Assembly: GCA_028279655.1 (NCBI GenBank)
Contig: JANQNH010000007.1
Span: 35,338 to 99,337 of the forward strand
From: Candidatus Nanoarchaeia archaeon
GTDB taxonomy: Archaea; Nanobdellota; Nanobdellia; Woesearchaeales; JACPBV01
DNA: 64,000 bases
Reading direction: 5' to 3'
Of this stretch, positions 45,597 through 55,008 are shown piece after piece. The position numbers and the translations under genes are program-made. Under the pieces are notes generated by a model, which made no database searches, was not told where the DNA came from, and worked only from the letters and a program-made list of their open reading frames with translations. The first letter of the stretch is position 1, and each line of letters opens with the position of its first letter.

Positions 45597-46805
45597 CTAA
45601 CAAACACCACAGGTATTTGTGACAAGTATCTTTACTGGTCCCTCATCATTCTTTATAACAAGAGGCTCTGTAATTACAGCCCTATCCTTGAGGTAATGAC
45701 GACGTATTCCAGGAACATTACGGTGAGTTCCTAGTACTTCAAGTCCATCTACTCCTTTTACAGCATCCATCAATGCAGCAAGAGAAGCACAACCTGTCTC
45801 TGAAGTTAACACATCCTTATGTTCGTTTTCTATAACCTGCTGATAAAGATCATATGCCCATCTAATTTCCTTATCAGAAACTCCCTTAAAATTATTCACC
45901 CTTCCATGTTTAAGTTTAAGGTGATATGCTGCAGCGGCAACATCCACGTGCTCATGCCCAAACATAGGTGTATCTAATTTATGGGCTAAGCTTTTATCTG
46001 CATCCTCCAGGGACATAGGATTTGCATAACTGGTTACACCCAACAACTGTGCACATTTCCCAGAGATCCTTTTCATTATACCTTGTATACCTGAAAAGAA
46101 CTCTCCTATTCCAACAGGAGCTAAAAATAGGTTATAGTCTGTAAAACCCTTAACGATAGCGTCCATATAAGGATAGTAGTATGGGTTTGGAAGATTATAG
46201 TTACTGACATTTGTAACATCAAGTCCCCTCTCATAACCGTTTTCTTCAACCAGATCTACCAACATAGAATAATCCCTAGCACCTTTATACCTTGCTATCT
46301 GAGGAAATACACTATCATCGCCTCTTATCAGGTCCTTCCAAAAAGTCTGTAACGTTTCTGGGTTAAACCAGATATTGGGCAGAGCTATAGAGACACTTGG
46401 GTGCCCATTCTCACCGTCTATGATATGGATAAGCTCATTTGAACCCATCTTGCTCTGTTCCATAAAGTTAACTACCTGGACATTAGAATATTTTTCAGAG
46501 GCCTTCTCAAAGGCCTTTTTTGCACTGCCAGAAGTGATAAGTAAAGCAGCACCGCCACCATTAGCAGCCATAAACTCCATAGCCTGCTCTGCTTTCGGTC
46601 CCTTGTGGCTTCTGTAAGGAGATGTACTAAGATCAAATATGTCGATCTCTACTCTCCTTCCAACCCTCTCGCTTATGATATCGCTCAGCTCTTTAGAATG
46701 GATAATCCTCGGTTTATCATCTATGCCTTTCCATATTTCAGGCCTCCATAGCATATACTCTAATAGACGGTCCTGTGTCAGATCAAGAACTGCCTCAGAA
46801 ACCAT
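45597..46805 (-). CDS. divergent PLP-dependent (fold type II, Trp-synthase-beta-like) enzyme candidate
   Basis: STSPYRSHKGPKA (cf. SFKDRG lysine loop), LLITSGSAKKA, SETGCASLAAL; C-terminal NTCGVC; start abuts regulator stop. Confidence 0.4.
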   Translation of the reverse strand: MVSEAVLDLTQDRLLEYMLWRPEIWKGIDDKPRIIHSKELSDIISERVGRRVEIDIFDLSTSPYRSHKGPKAEQAMEFMAANGGGAALLITSGSAKKAFEKASEKYSNVQVVNFMEQSKMGSNELIHIIDGENGHPSVSIALPNIWFNPETLQTFWKDLIRGDDSVFPQIARYKGARDYSMLVDLVEENGYERGLDVTNVSNYNLPNPYYYPYMDAIVKGFTDYNLFLAPVGIGEFFSGIQGIMKRISGKCAQLLGVTSYANPMSLEDADKSLAHKLDTPMFGHEHVDVAAAAYHLKLKHGRVNNFKGVSDKEIRWAYDLYQQVIENEHKDVLTSETGCASLAALMDAVKGVDGLEVLGTHRNVPGIRRHYLKDRAVITEPLVIKNDEGPVKILVTNTCGVC

Positions 46806-47486
46806 CTAAACAACCCCCTTATCAAAAAGATCGTTAACAAGATTAGGGATAATCTTAGCCTCTGCCTTTCTTAGGTTCTCCTGAAACGTCCTCCTCTTCA
46901 TACCCACCAAGGCAGAGATCTCATCAAGAGATACCTTCCTAGGCCATTCATAGAAATTATTCGAAACAGCAATCTGCAGTGCTTTTGCCTGCTTATCAGT
47001 AAGCTTAAACAGATGGTCTTTGGGGCTTAGTCTTCCTATCTCAAAGACCTTTACCTCTCCGATCTCGTCCAACTCTTCAATTAGCCTGACAACCTTCTGG
47101 GGATCTTCTGTGATTATGTCATAGACCTCAAAGCCCTCTTTCTGCGTAACAGGGGAGGTGTATAGGCTGTTGTTCTTTAGTACAGTCTCATAGCTGGAGT
47201 CCTTTGCTATCCACTCTGTCTTGACTAGAGCATTTTCCTCATAAACAGATATAACCTTTATTACTTTGATCATCTCATACTTTTCAAGAGACTTGATAAA
47301 TTCATCAAATACCTTCCTGTCAGAAAAACCAATATCCCATGTAGCACAAAGCCTTACTCCTTCTTTACAATTCTCAACATTAATCGGGCCTTTCTCCTTC
47401 ATCACGATATTAGGATACTCCAAAGTACATAGACTACCCCAGCACCCTTTATGCCTTACTCCTATTTTTGCCTTTCTAAGTTTCAT
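46806..47486 (-). CDS. HTH_10 (Bat-type, COG3413-like) DNA-binding regulator
   Basis: C-terminal LTDKQAKALQIAVSNNFYEWPRKVSLDEISALVGMKRRTFQENLRKAEAKI. Confidence 0.75.
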   Translation of the reverse strand: MKLRKAKIGVRHKGCWGSLCTLEYPNIVMKEKGPINVENCKEGVRLCATWDIGFSDRKVFDEFIKSLEKYEMIKVIKVISVYEENALVKTEWIAKDSSYETVLKNNSLYTSPVTQKEGFEVYDIITEDPQKVVRLIEELDEIGEVKVFEIGRLSPKDHLFKLTDKQAKALQIAVSNNFYEWPRKVSLDEISALVGMKRRTFQENLRKAEAKIIPNLVNDLFDKGVV

Positions 47487-47498
47487 TACTAGAAAGAG

Positions 47499-47512
47499 AT
47501 GACATATGTCAT
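47499..47512. promoter_or_regulatory. perfect palindrome ATGACATATGTCAT (operator candidate), copy 2, overlapping TATA/TSS of the regulator gene
   Basis: Minus strand reads CTTTAAATATGACATATGTCAT-12 nt-ATG. Confidence 0.6.
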
Positions 47513-47554
47513 ATTTAAAGTTTACGATTTTAGCTACTATTAAGTAACACTAAG

Positions 47555-48841
47555 CTAAAGTAACTTCTCAAAACACTGATAATGGCTTGATTTCAATTCT
47601 ATCTTAGCCTTCTCAGCGATCCTAGAAACAGCGACAATATAAGCCCCCAATCTTACCGTCACCTTGTTCTTCTTAGCAGTATCCAGGACCAAAGAGGTAT
47701 TCCTTTTCATAATCCTCTCCAGCTTATTATACACCTCCTCCTTGCTCCAGTGCTTCTTTGCAAGATTCTGCTTCCATTCAAAATAGGATACAGTAACCCC
47801 TCCTGCATTCGCAAGAACATCAGGTATCACAATAATCCCTTTTTTAGAAAGACGTTTATCAGCATTTGCACTTACAGAACCGTTTCCAAGCTCAAGTACC
47901 ATACCTGCCTTGATCATTCTAACATTCTCAGTAGTTATTGCATTCTCAAGGGCAGCAGGAACCAAGATATCACAATCCAGTTCAAGTATCTGCTCATTTG
48001 TTGCATTGGTTGAACCTGAACAATCACCAACACAACCATTCTTCTTCTTATGCTGGATAACCTTTGGAATATCAAGTCCCTCATTATTCACAATAGCACC
48101 CTTAGAGTCAGATACTGCAATTACCTTAGCCCCTTCTTCAAAAGCCAACCTTGCAAATATCCCTCCCACATTACCAAAACCCTGCACAACTACCCTCTTG
48201 TCTTTCAAGGTATCAACTCCCTTAACAAATCCTTCCTTTATTACCTGTTTCAGAACATAAAGTCCTCCTAATGCAGTAGCTTCCTCCCTCCCTTCTGAAC
48301 CTCCCATATCAAGGGGCTTCCCTGTAACAACAGCCAGGTCCTTCTTTCCAAAACACTTGTTATATTCCTCAACGATCCATCTCATGACCTTTGCATTCGT
48401 ATAGACATCAGGAGCAGGGATATCGATACTAGATCCAATGACAGGAGCTATCCTCCGTACAAATCCCCTTGTCATCCTTTCCAGCTCTTTCTCACTCATA
48501 TCTTTAGGGTTACATACGACCCCCCCTTTTCCTCCACCCAAAGGTATATCAACAACCGCACATTTTATTGTCATCCATGTAGCCAGGGCCCTGACCTCAT
48601 CAAGATTAACATCCCAGTGATACCTTATCCCTCCTTTGAATGGGCCCCTCATATGATTATGTTGGACCCTATACCCATTGAATATCTTGATAGAACCATC
48701 ATCCATCTCGATAGGAAATGTAACATGCAGCTCCCTGTGTGTCATCATCAGAGCCTCCCTTATCCAATCTTCAATACGAAGCCTATCCGATGCCTCCTCT
48801 AGAAGCTCCTTTGCACTCTCATAAGGACTAGATTGATTCAT
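47555..48841 (-). CDS. gdhA: glutamate dehydrogenase
   Basis: KGGIRYH, PLGGGKGG, GFGNVG; ATG at 48841 preferred (TATA 25 nt upstream) over TTG at 48856. Confidence 0.93.
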   Translation of the reverse strand: MNQSSPYESAKELLEEASDRLRIEDWIREALMMTHRELHVTFPIEMDDGSIKIFNGYRVQHNHMRGPFKGGIRYHWDVNLDEVRALATWMTIKCAVVDIPLGGGKGGVVCNPKDMSEKELERMTRGFVRRIAPVIGSSIDIPAPDVYTNAKVMRWIVEEYNKCFGKKDLAVVTGKPLDMGGSEGREEATALGGLYVLKQVIKEGFVKGVDTLKDKRVVVQGFGNVGGIFARLAFEEGAKVIAVSDSKGAIVNNEGLDIPKVIQHKKKNGCVGDCSGSTNATNEQILELDCDILVPAALENAITTENVRMIKAGMVLELGNGSVSANADKRLSKKGIIVIPDVLANAGGVTVSYFEWKQNLAKKHWSKEEVYNKLERIMKRNTSLVLDTAKKNKVTVRLGAYIVAVSRIAEKAKIELKSSHYQCFEKLL

Positions 48842-48865
48842 ACTAGAAAAAAACAAAAATAAGTA

Positions 48866-48878
48866 TATAAAGATTATG
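48866..48878 (-). promoter_or_regulatory. BRE/TATA promoter (CATAATCTTTATA) of gdhA
   Basis: Same 13-mer as the asd and lysK promoters. Confidence 0.55.
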
Positions 48879-48879
48879 T

Positions 48880-49455
48880 TTAATCGAGGAATATAAGCTC
48901 ATCCGGCCAGTCATTCTTAAGCACACCATTCTCCATATTGATCATAGGTATGTAATTATGAAACAATCTTATTGTGTTGCTCAGCCGTATAGTAGAAACA
49001 GACTTTATTGAATCCTCACCATGATTCTTAAGCAATATGGGTATGATCTCTCTATTGAAATTCTCAACAATATCCTCATCACTATGACCGTCAATTATGA
49101 CAAGCAAAGCGACATGACCATCTACCTCTCCCAAAAAGCTCTCATGGATATATTCCCCATAGTTAGACTTGATTACCTTCTCTTCCCTTATCTCCCTGAT
49201 TATCTGTTCCCTAAGGATCCCAAGCCTAAATTTTATAATGTGTAGTTGCCTTGCTCCAAATCTTCCAGTACCCCCCTTACCCATTGCCAGCTTTGTAAAA
49301 TAAGACAACATGCCTTCCTTCTCAAGCTTGTTCCTTTTTCTGCTTACTGTTCTGATAGGCACCTTTGTCCTCTTCCCGATCTTATTGTCTGAAATTCTGG
49401 GATTCCTAACCAATTCCCTCACTATCCTTCTTTCCTGTTCATCAAGTTCTCTCAT
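48880..49455 (-). CDS. lrp: Lrp/AsnC-family transcriptional regulator
   Basis: N-terminal HTH (LDEQERRIVRELVRNPRISDNKIGKRTKVPIRTVSRKRNKLEKEGML) plus RAM-like C-terminus; ATG at 49455 preferred. Confidence 0.75.
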   Translation of the reverse strand: MRELDEQERRIVRELVRNPRISDNKIGKRTKVPIRTVSRKRNKLEKEGMLSYFTKLAMGKGGTGRFGARQLHIIKFRLGILREQIIREIREEKVIKSNYGEYIHESFLGEVDGHVALLVIIDGHSDEDIVENFNREIIPILLKNHGEDSIKSVSTIRLSNTIRLFHNYIPMINMENGVLKNDWPDELIFLD

Positions 49456-49495
49456 TTTTACCAATTTTGACTTAAAATAAAGGATTATATAAAAA

Positions 49496-49517
49496 TTTTG
49501 CCCTAATTAGGGCAAAA
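49496..49517. promoter_or_regulatory. perfect 22-bp palindrome TTTTGCCCTAATTAGGGCAAAA plus extra half-site (49518-49529) in the lrp/gltS-like divergent region
   Basis: Read directly; sits just upstream of the lrp TATA. Confidence 0.55.
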
Positions 49518-49592
49518 AATGCCCTAAACACATATAAATAAACAAGATAAACCCCATAAAATAAAATAGATTTATCAGGAGGGGATTGAAAA

Positions 49593-51194
49593 ATGGCATT
49601 TAGCAGAGTAGGCTCATCAGCAGCAGTTGGTGCAGCTAACAGAACAAAAGAAGATGTTAATCCAATAAGTGGTTTGTGTGGCACATGCTGGGAAAGTTGT
49701 GTAGGCCTCTGTGAAGTTGGAAAATCAGCAATAAGGGGTCCTGAGATGATATATCCTCAGCCTTTTGGGGACGTAACCGCAGCTTCTATAAAGAGGTATC
49801 CGGTTGACTGGGGGGCATTCAATATCCTTGGAACAGCAGTAGGCGCAAAGGGTATAGAATCTGATTCTGACAAGGCAATATTCCCAAATGTAAAATTAGA
49901 TATTACCTTAGGAAAGAAAGAAGGAAAGGAAGGCATCAAGCTAAGAGTTCCGGTAACAGTCCCTGGACTTGGCTCTACAGATGTTGCAAGAAAGAATTGG
50001 GAAGCCCTTGCTGCAGGCTGTGCATTATCAGGAATCCTGCTCACAGTAGGAGAAAATGTTGTAGGTATGGATCCAGATGCAACAATTGAAAAAGGAAAAG
50101 TGAAAGAGAGTCCAGCATTAAAATCCAGGATCGACATGTACAAAAAATGGCAAAAGGATGGCTATGGAGCAATCGTGGTTCAGGAAAACGTAGAAGATAA
50201 CAGGCTGGGAGTACTAGAATACGCCCTTAAGCTTGGTGCTGATGCAGTAGAACTAAAGTGGGGCCAGGGTGCAAAGAATATAGGTGGAGAGGTAAAGATA
50301 AGGACCCTGAAAAAGGCCCAGATGCTGCAGGAGAGAGGATACATTGTTCTGCCTGACCCGAGCAACCCTGAAGTTGTTGAGGCATTCAAGCATAAGGTGT
50401 TCAGGGAATTCGAAAGGCACTCAAGGCTTGGAATGGTAACAGAGGAAGGATTCGCAAATAGAGTAAAAGAGCTAAGAGATGCAGGTGCAAAATATCTGTT
50501 CCTTAAGACAGGAGCTTACAGGTTCGAGGACCTAGCAAGAGCTCTTGCATTCTCATCGAAATACAAGATCGATGTTTTGACAGTTGACGCAGCCGGAGGA
50601 GGGACAGGGATGTCGCCGTGGAGGATGATGAACGAATGGGGAACCCCTCCAATAGAAACCTTCCAGAAGGTATTTGAATATGCACAAGAGCTTGAAAAGC
50701 AGGGAAAGCATATACCTGATATTGTGTTTGCCGGAGGATTCTCCCTAGAGGACCATATCTTCAAAGGATTGGCATTCGGAGCACCATATGTAAAAGCTAT
50801 AGGTATGGCAAGGGCCCCACTGACAGCAGTGATGGCCAGCACCGCTATATGGAGAAGGATCGAACACGAGAGTGAACAGTCCCTAGTAGACAAGTACGGA
50901 AGAGACAAAGGGGAGATATTCTTTGGATCCACAGAGTTGAAAAATCTTGTAGGAGAAGACCTGGAAGAGATACCTGCAGGTGCTATAGGTGTCTTTACAT
51001 ACAGCATGAGGATTAGCCAGGGACTCAAGCAGTTGATGGCTGGAGCTAGGAAATTCAACCTTGCAGAGAAGGAATCAAGGCCAGAACGAAGCGACCTCAT
51101 TGCATTGACTCCAAGAGCTGCAGAGATAACAAATATACCTTATATAACAGAGCATGACAAAGAGATTGCAAAAGAGATTCTTTCAAAGGCATGA
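49593..51194 (+). CDS. FMN-binding glutamate synthase (GltS domain 2)-family protein
   Basis: Central TVDAAGGGTGMSP, LKWGQGAK blocks; N-terminal Cys cluster CGTCWESCVGLC; 533 aa. Confidence 0.75.
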   Translation: MAFSRVGSSAAVGAANRTKEDVNPISGLCGTCWESCVGLCEVGKSAIRGPEMIYPQPFGDVTAASIKRYPVDWGAFNILGTAVGAKGIESDSDKAIFPNVKLDITLGKKEGKEGIKLRVPVTVPGLGSTDVARKNWEALAAGCALSGILLTVGENVVGMDPDATIEKGKVKESPALKSRIDMYKKWQKDGYGAIVVQENVEDNRLGVLEYALKLGADAVELKWGQGAKNIGGEVKIRTLKKAQMLQERGYIVLPDPSNPEVVEAFKHKVFREFERHSRLGMVTEEGFANRVKELRDAGAKYLFLKTGAYRFEDLARALAFSSKYKIDVLTVDAAGGGTGMSPWRMMNEWGTPPIETFQKVFEYAQELEKQGKHIPDIVFAGGFSLEDHIFKGLAFGAPYVKAIGMARAPLTAVMASTAIWRRIEHESEQSLVDKYGRDKGEIFFGSTELKNLVGEDLEEIPAGAIGVFTYSMRISQGLKQLMAGARKFNLAEKESRPERSDLIALTPRAAEITNIPYITEHDKEIAKEILSKA

Positions 51195-51214
51195 TTCATG
51201 CCTTAAATTTTTTT
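51188..51214 (+). terminator. hairpin GGCAT-gattc-ATGCC followed by T7 run
   Basis: Overlaps the stop codon of the GltS-like gene. Confidence 0.5.
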
Positions 51215-51306
51215 AATTCTTTAAATCATAAGAATAATACAGTAATCCCTATAAGGACCATCTCTTAAAGATAATTTTAAATAGGACAATGTATTTATCA
51301 TAAAAT

Positions 51307-51984
51307 ATGAAGATACTTAAACTTTTTAAAAAACCAAATGTAGGGCCATATAATGCATTTAGCATTGTAAAGAACGAGAAAGGGGATTTTGATGATTTTC
51401 ACAAGAGACTCCTAAAAGGAAGCAATATAGTCCTCATAACAGGGAAGAGGGGATCTGGAAAAACAGCATTAGGCATGAAGTTCTTAGAGCTTTTCAGAAA
51501 GTTATCCAAGAGAAAGGTTTTTGCCATGGGTTTTGAATCAGCAAAGCTTCCTTTCAGGATAAAAAAGGCAGATGATATAGGGGAGATATCCAATAACTCT
51601 GTCGTTCTTATAGATGAAGGAGCCATCACCTTTAGCTCCAGAGATTCTATGAAATCAGCCAATAAGTTGCTTGGCAAGCTGATGTCCATAGCAAGGCATA
51701 AGAACCTCAGCCTGCTGCTTATTGCACAGAATTCTGCTATGATTGACCTTAATGTGTTAAGGCTGGCTGATACGATAATTTTAAAGGAGCCGTCTTTACT
51801 TCAGGCACAGTTTGAAAGAAAAGCGATAAAGGACATGTACGAAAAAGCAAGTGTTCATTTTAACGATATAAAAGACAAAAAATCTCATTTCTATGTGATG
51901 GATGATGAGTTCGAAGGATTGTTGAGGTACTCTCTTCCATCTTTCTGGAGTGAAAGCATAAGCAAGAGCTTTAGGAACAGTTGA
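51307..51984 (+). CDS. KaiC/RecA-superfamily P-loop ATPase (COG0467-like), orphan
   Basis: Walker A ITGKRGSGKT, Walker B VVLIDEGA; 225 aa. Confidence 0.5.
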   Translation: MKILKLFKKPNVGPYNAFSIVKNEKGDFDDFHKRLLKGSNIVLITGKRGSGKTALGMKFLELFRKLSKRKVFAMGFESAKLPFRIKKADDIGEISNNSVVLIDEGAITFSSRDSMKSANKLLGKLMSIARHKNLSLLLIAQNSAMIDLNVLRLADTIILKEPSLLQAQFERKAIKDMYEKASVHFNDIKDKKSHFYVMDDEFEGLLRYSLPSFWSESISKSFRNS

Positions 51985-52004
51985 ATCTTAGAAAGTGTAA
52001 ATGT

Positions 52005-53267
52005 TCAAACCTTAAACTTACCTAGTTTCTTAAAATCCAGAGTAGCAAAATAATCATCGACCTTTTCAGAACGTCTTATCTCAACAACCGATCCATCCTC
52101 CCTCATCAAGAGCTCTGCTGAGCGCAGCTTACCGTTATAATTAAAGCCCATAGCATGACCATGTGCACCTGTATCATGAATTACGACAATGTCCCCTACC
52201 TCAACCTCTGGAAGAATACGATCTATTGCAAACTTATCGTTGTTCTCGCATAATGAACCAGTAACATCATACATATGTGTTGGTTTTTCGTTTTCTTTAC
52301 CTAGAACAGTAATGTGGTGGTATGCCCCATAGACTGCAGGCCTCATCAAATTAGCCATCGATGCGTCTAACCCAACATAATCTTTGTAGATATGCTTCAT
52401 ATGTATAACTCTTGCAACCAAATAACCATACGGACCAGCCATATTTCTTCCATATTCAGTAAAAATCTTAAGGGGTGGAAGGCCATTTGCAGCAATAATC
52501 TCATCATAAAGCTTTTTTACCTCTGCAGCCACATAATCAATATCCACCGGTTTGTCAGTCGGCTTATAAGGTATCCCAACTCCGCCACCAAAATTAACAA
52601 ACTCTATCCTAATACCCAATTTTTCATTTACCTCTACAACTAACTCAAACAACATCTTTGCAGTTTGAACAAAAGAGGAGGGGTCTAGTTCATTAGAAAC
52701 AACCATCGTATGTAGCCCAAATCTCTTAACGCCTTTCTCTTTCATCAACTTATAACCCTCGAATAACTGCTCTTTGGTAAAACCATACTTAGCTTCCTTA
52801 GGATCACCAATAAACCTGCTTCCTTTTCTTTCAGGACCAGGATTATATCTAAAGCAGATCAGTTCAGGTATTCCTGCGGTTTTCTCTAACATCTCAATAT
52901 GGCTTATATCATCTAGATTGATTATGGCTCCAAGCTCCTTAGCTTTTGCAAACTCCTCTGCAGGTGTGTCATTAGAGCTGAACATTATATTCTCCCCAGC
53001 AATCCCAACCTTCTCTGCAAGCAACAGTTCAGGAAGAGAGCTACAGTCTAATCCAAACCCTTCATCCTTCATGATCTTTAGGATAAATGGATTAGGCAAG
53101 CACTTTACGGCAAAGAACTCTTTAAACTCAAAATCTTTAAATGCCTTTTTCAGTCTAACAGCATTCTCCCTTATCCCCTTCTCATCATATATATGGAAAG
53201 GAGTTTTATGTTTATCCATAATCCCTGATATCTTCTTCTTTGTAAAAGGTAGTTTCTTAACCATCAT
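52005..53267 (-). CDS. lysA: diaminopimelate decarboxylase
   Basis: Fold-III PLP decarboxylase blocks (FFAVKCLPN, FGGGVGIPY, EYGRNMAGP, CENNDKF, HDTGAHGHAM). Confidence 0.88.
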   Translation of the reverse strand: MMVKKLPFTKKKISGIMDKHKTPFHIYDEKGIRENAVRLKKAFKDFEFKEFFAVKCLPNPFILKIMKDEGFGLDCSSLPELLLAEKVGIAGENIMFSSNDTPAEEFAKAKELGAIINLDDISHIEMLEKTAGIPELICFRYNPGPERKGSRFIGDPKEAKYGFTKEQLFEGYKLMKEKGVKRFGLHTMVVSNELDPSSFVQTAKMLFELVVEVNEKLGIRIEFVNFGGGVGIPYKPTDKPVDIDYVAAEVKKLYDEIIAANGLPPLKIFTEYGRNMAGPYGYLVARVIHMKHIYKDYVGLDASMANLMRPAVYGAYHHITVLGKENEKPTHMYDVTGSLCENNDKFAIDRILPEVEVGDIVVIHDTGAHGHAMGFNYNGKLRSAELLMREDGSVVEIRRSEKVDDYFATLDFKKLGKFKV

Positions 53268-53315
53268 AACCTCAAGACAACAATAAATAAGTTAAAAGAA
53301 AATATATAAATCTTC

Positions 53316-54194
53316 CTAAATGATCCCCATCTGCCCTAAGACCTCTCTTAGCCTCTCCTTGCTCTCAGGCCTTAACTCGCACATCGGAAGCCTATATGCC
53401 TCTTCGCACATCCCTTTCATTGCAAGAGCGCATTTTATTGGTATGGGGTTGGTTTCTATAAACTCAACATCAAATAGGGGTTCCAGCTCGCTGTTCATCT
53501 TCTCCGCTTCCGCAAAATTCCCATCCAACGCAGCCTTAACCATTGCCGTCATCCTATCAGGAACCAGATTAGAAGCAACCGAGATAACACCATTACCTCC
53601 TGCTTTGATAAGCTCCAAAGTTATATTATCATCTCCAGAAAGCACAGAAAAGCCATCAGGTCTCTGTGCTATAACATCCTTCATCTGATCTATATCTCCA
53701 GAGGCCTCCTTTACTGCAACAATATTGGAGCAGTCCTTTACCAATCTCATCAGTGTAGAGGTCTCAACATTAACACCGGTTCTTCCCTTAATGTTATAGA
53801 CGACTATAGGTATTTTCACAGAATCAGCAATAGCCTTGAAATGCCTGTACAACCCTTCCTGTGTAGGTTTATTGTAATAGGGGTTTACAACAAGACAGGC
53901 TGTAACGCCTACAGACTCTGCATGTTTTGTAAGCCTTATAGCCTCTGCAGTTGAATTAGAACCCGTACCAGCAATAACCGGAACACGGCCATTGACATGC
54001 TGAACAGTCAATTCAATAACCTTGTCGTGCTCATCATGGCTCAGTGTTGGGCTCTCCCCGGTCGTCCCACATGGAACAATCCCAGAGATACCCTTTTCAA
54101 TATTGAAGTCTATGAGCTTCTTCAAACATTCTTCACTCACACTTCCATCTGCTTTAAATGGTGTAATTATTGCCGTATAAACGCCTTTAAACAT
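53316..54194 (-). CDS. dapA: 4-hydroxy-tetrahydrodipicolinate synthase
   Basis: AIITPF, CGTTGESPTL, YNKP, VAVKEASGD; ATG at 54194 with GGAGGGTGA SD. Confidence 0.93.
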   Translation of the reverse strand: MFKGVYTAIITPFKADGSVSEECLKKLIDFNIEKGISGIVPCGTTGESPTLSHDEHDKVIELTVQHVNGRVPVIAGTGSNSTAEAIRLTKHAESVGVTACLVVNPYYNKPTQEGLYRHFKAIADSVKIPIVVYNIKGRTGVNVETSTLMRLVKDCSNIVAVKEASGDIDQMKDVIAQRPDGFSVLSGDDNITLELIKAGGNGVISVASNLVPDRMTAMVKAALDGNFAEAEKMNSELEPLFDVEFIETNPIPIKCALAMKGMCEEAYRLPMCELRPESKERLREVLGQMGII

Positions 54195-54211
54195 TTCGAT
54201 CACCCTCCAAT

Positions 54212-54916
54212 CTACTTAATTATCTCATCCATCATATCTTCTATACTATAAAACCCTTTCTTGCCGTTGATCCATTCAGCTGCCATAACAGCTCCGATGG
54301 CAAATCCTTTCCTGTTCTTTGCCCTGTGCTCCAATGTAATGACATCAGCGTATGATTCAAAATTGACAGTATGTGTTCCGGGTATCTCCCCTTCCCTTAT
54401 GCTTTTGATGTCTACATCATCAACTCTATCCAAGCCATTCTTAATAACATCTGCTATCTTCTTGGCCGTGCCTGAAGGGGCATCCTTCTTGTGTATGTGG
54501 TGCGCTTCGCTCATATTAACTCCATAATCCTTAAAGGTGTTCATCATTCCAGAGATATCCTTAATAAGCCTAAAGAATATGTTGACCCCTACTGAAAAAT
54601 TAGGGGAATAGATAAAGCCTATTTTGTTATCTTCAACTGCATCCTTTACCTCTTCTATCCTTTCATACCATGCGGTTGTACCTACCACAATATTCTTTCC
54701 CAAAGCAGCTATCTTCTTTACATTCTCAACAGCTATATCCGGAGCAGTAAACTCTATACAAACATCCACGCCCTTCAGAGATTCTGAACTGATCTCCTTA
54801 TGGGTTGCTCCCTCTGCAACAGGATCTATCTTAGACACCACCTTAAGTCCTTTCTCTAATGCGATCTCCTCGATTATATGTCCCATCTTCCCATATCCTA
54901 TTATTGCTATGTTCAT
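54212..54916 (-). CDS. dapB: 4-hydroxy-tetrahydrodipicolinate reductase (short form)
   Basis: MNIAIIGYGKMG, SPNFSVGVN, EAHHIHKKDAPSGTA. Confidence 0.9.
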   Translation of the reverse strand: MNIAIIGYGKMGHIIEEIALEKGLKVVSKIDPVAEGATHKEISSESLKGVDVCIEFTAPDIAVENVKKIAALGKNIVVGTTAWYERIEEVKDAVEDNKIGFIYSPNFSVGVNIFFRLIKDISGMMNTFKDYGVNMSEAHHIHKKDAPSGTAKKIADVIKNGLDRVDDVDIKSIREGEIPGTHTVNFESYADVITLEHRAKNRKGFAIGAVMAAEWINGKKGFYSIEDMMDEIIK

Positions 54917-55008
54917 AGACTAACTACAAGCGAAACATTTATAAGCTATTTAAACTTACTGTTACCATTATAACAAATTGTTAAAGTCCAATTATAAGGA
55001 GAACCGAA

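Noticed and set aside
49472-49684. 70-aa minus-strand ORF across the lrp/GltS-like intergenic region
   Set aside because: It covers the promoters, the 22-bp palindrome and the 5' end of the GltS-like gene, and nothing supports it as coding.
51307-51984. Orphan P-loop ATPase as a sign of an integrated virus or plasmid (packaging-ATPase-like size)
   Set aside because: No other viral or plasmid genes (capsid, integrase, replication) flank it, and I saw no flanking repeats. The Walker-motif context fits a generic KaiC/RecA-like ATPase.
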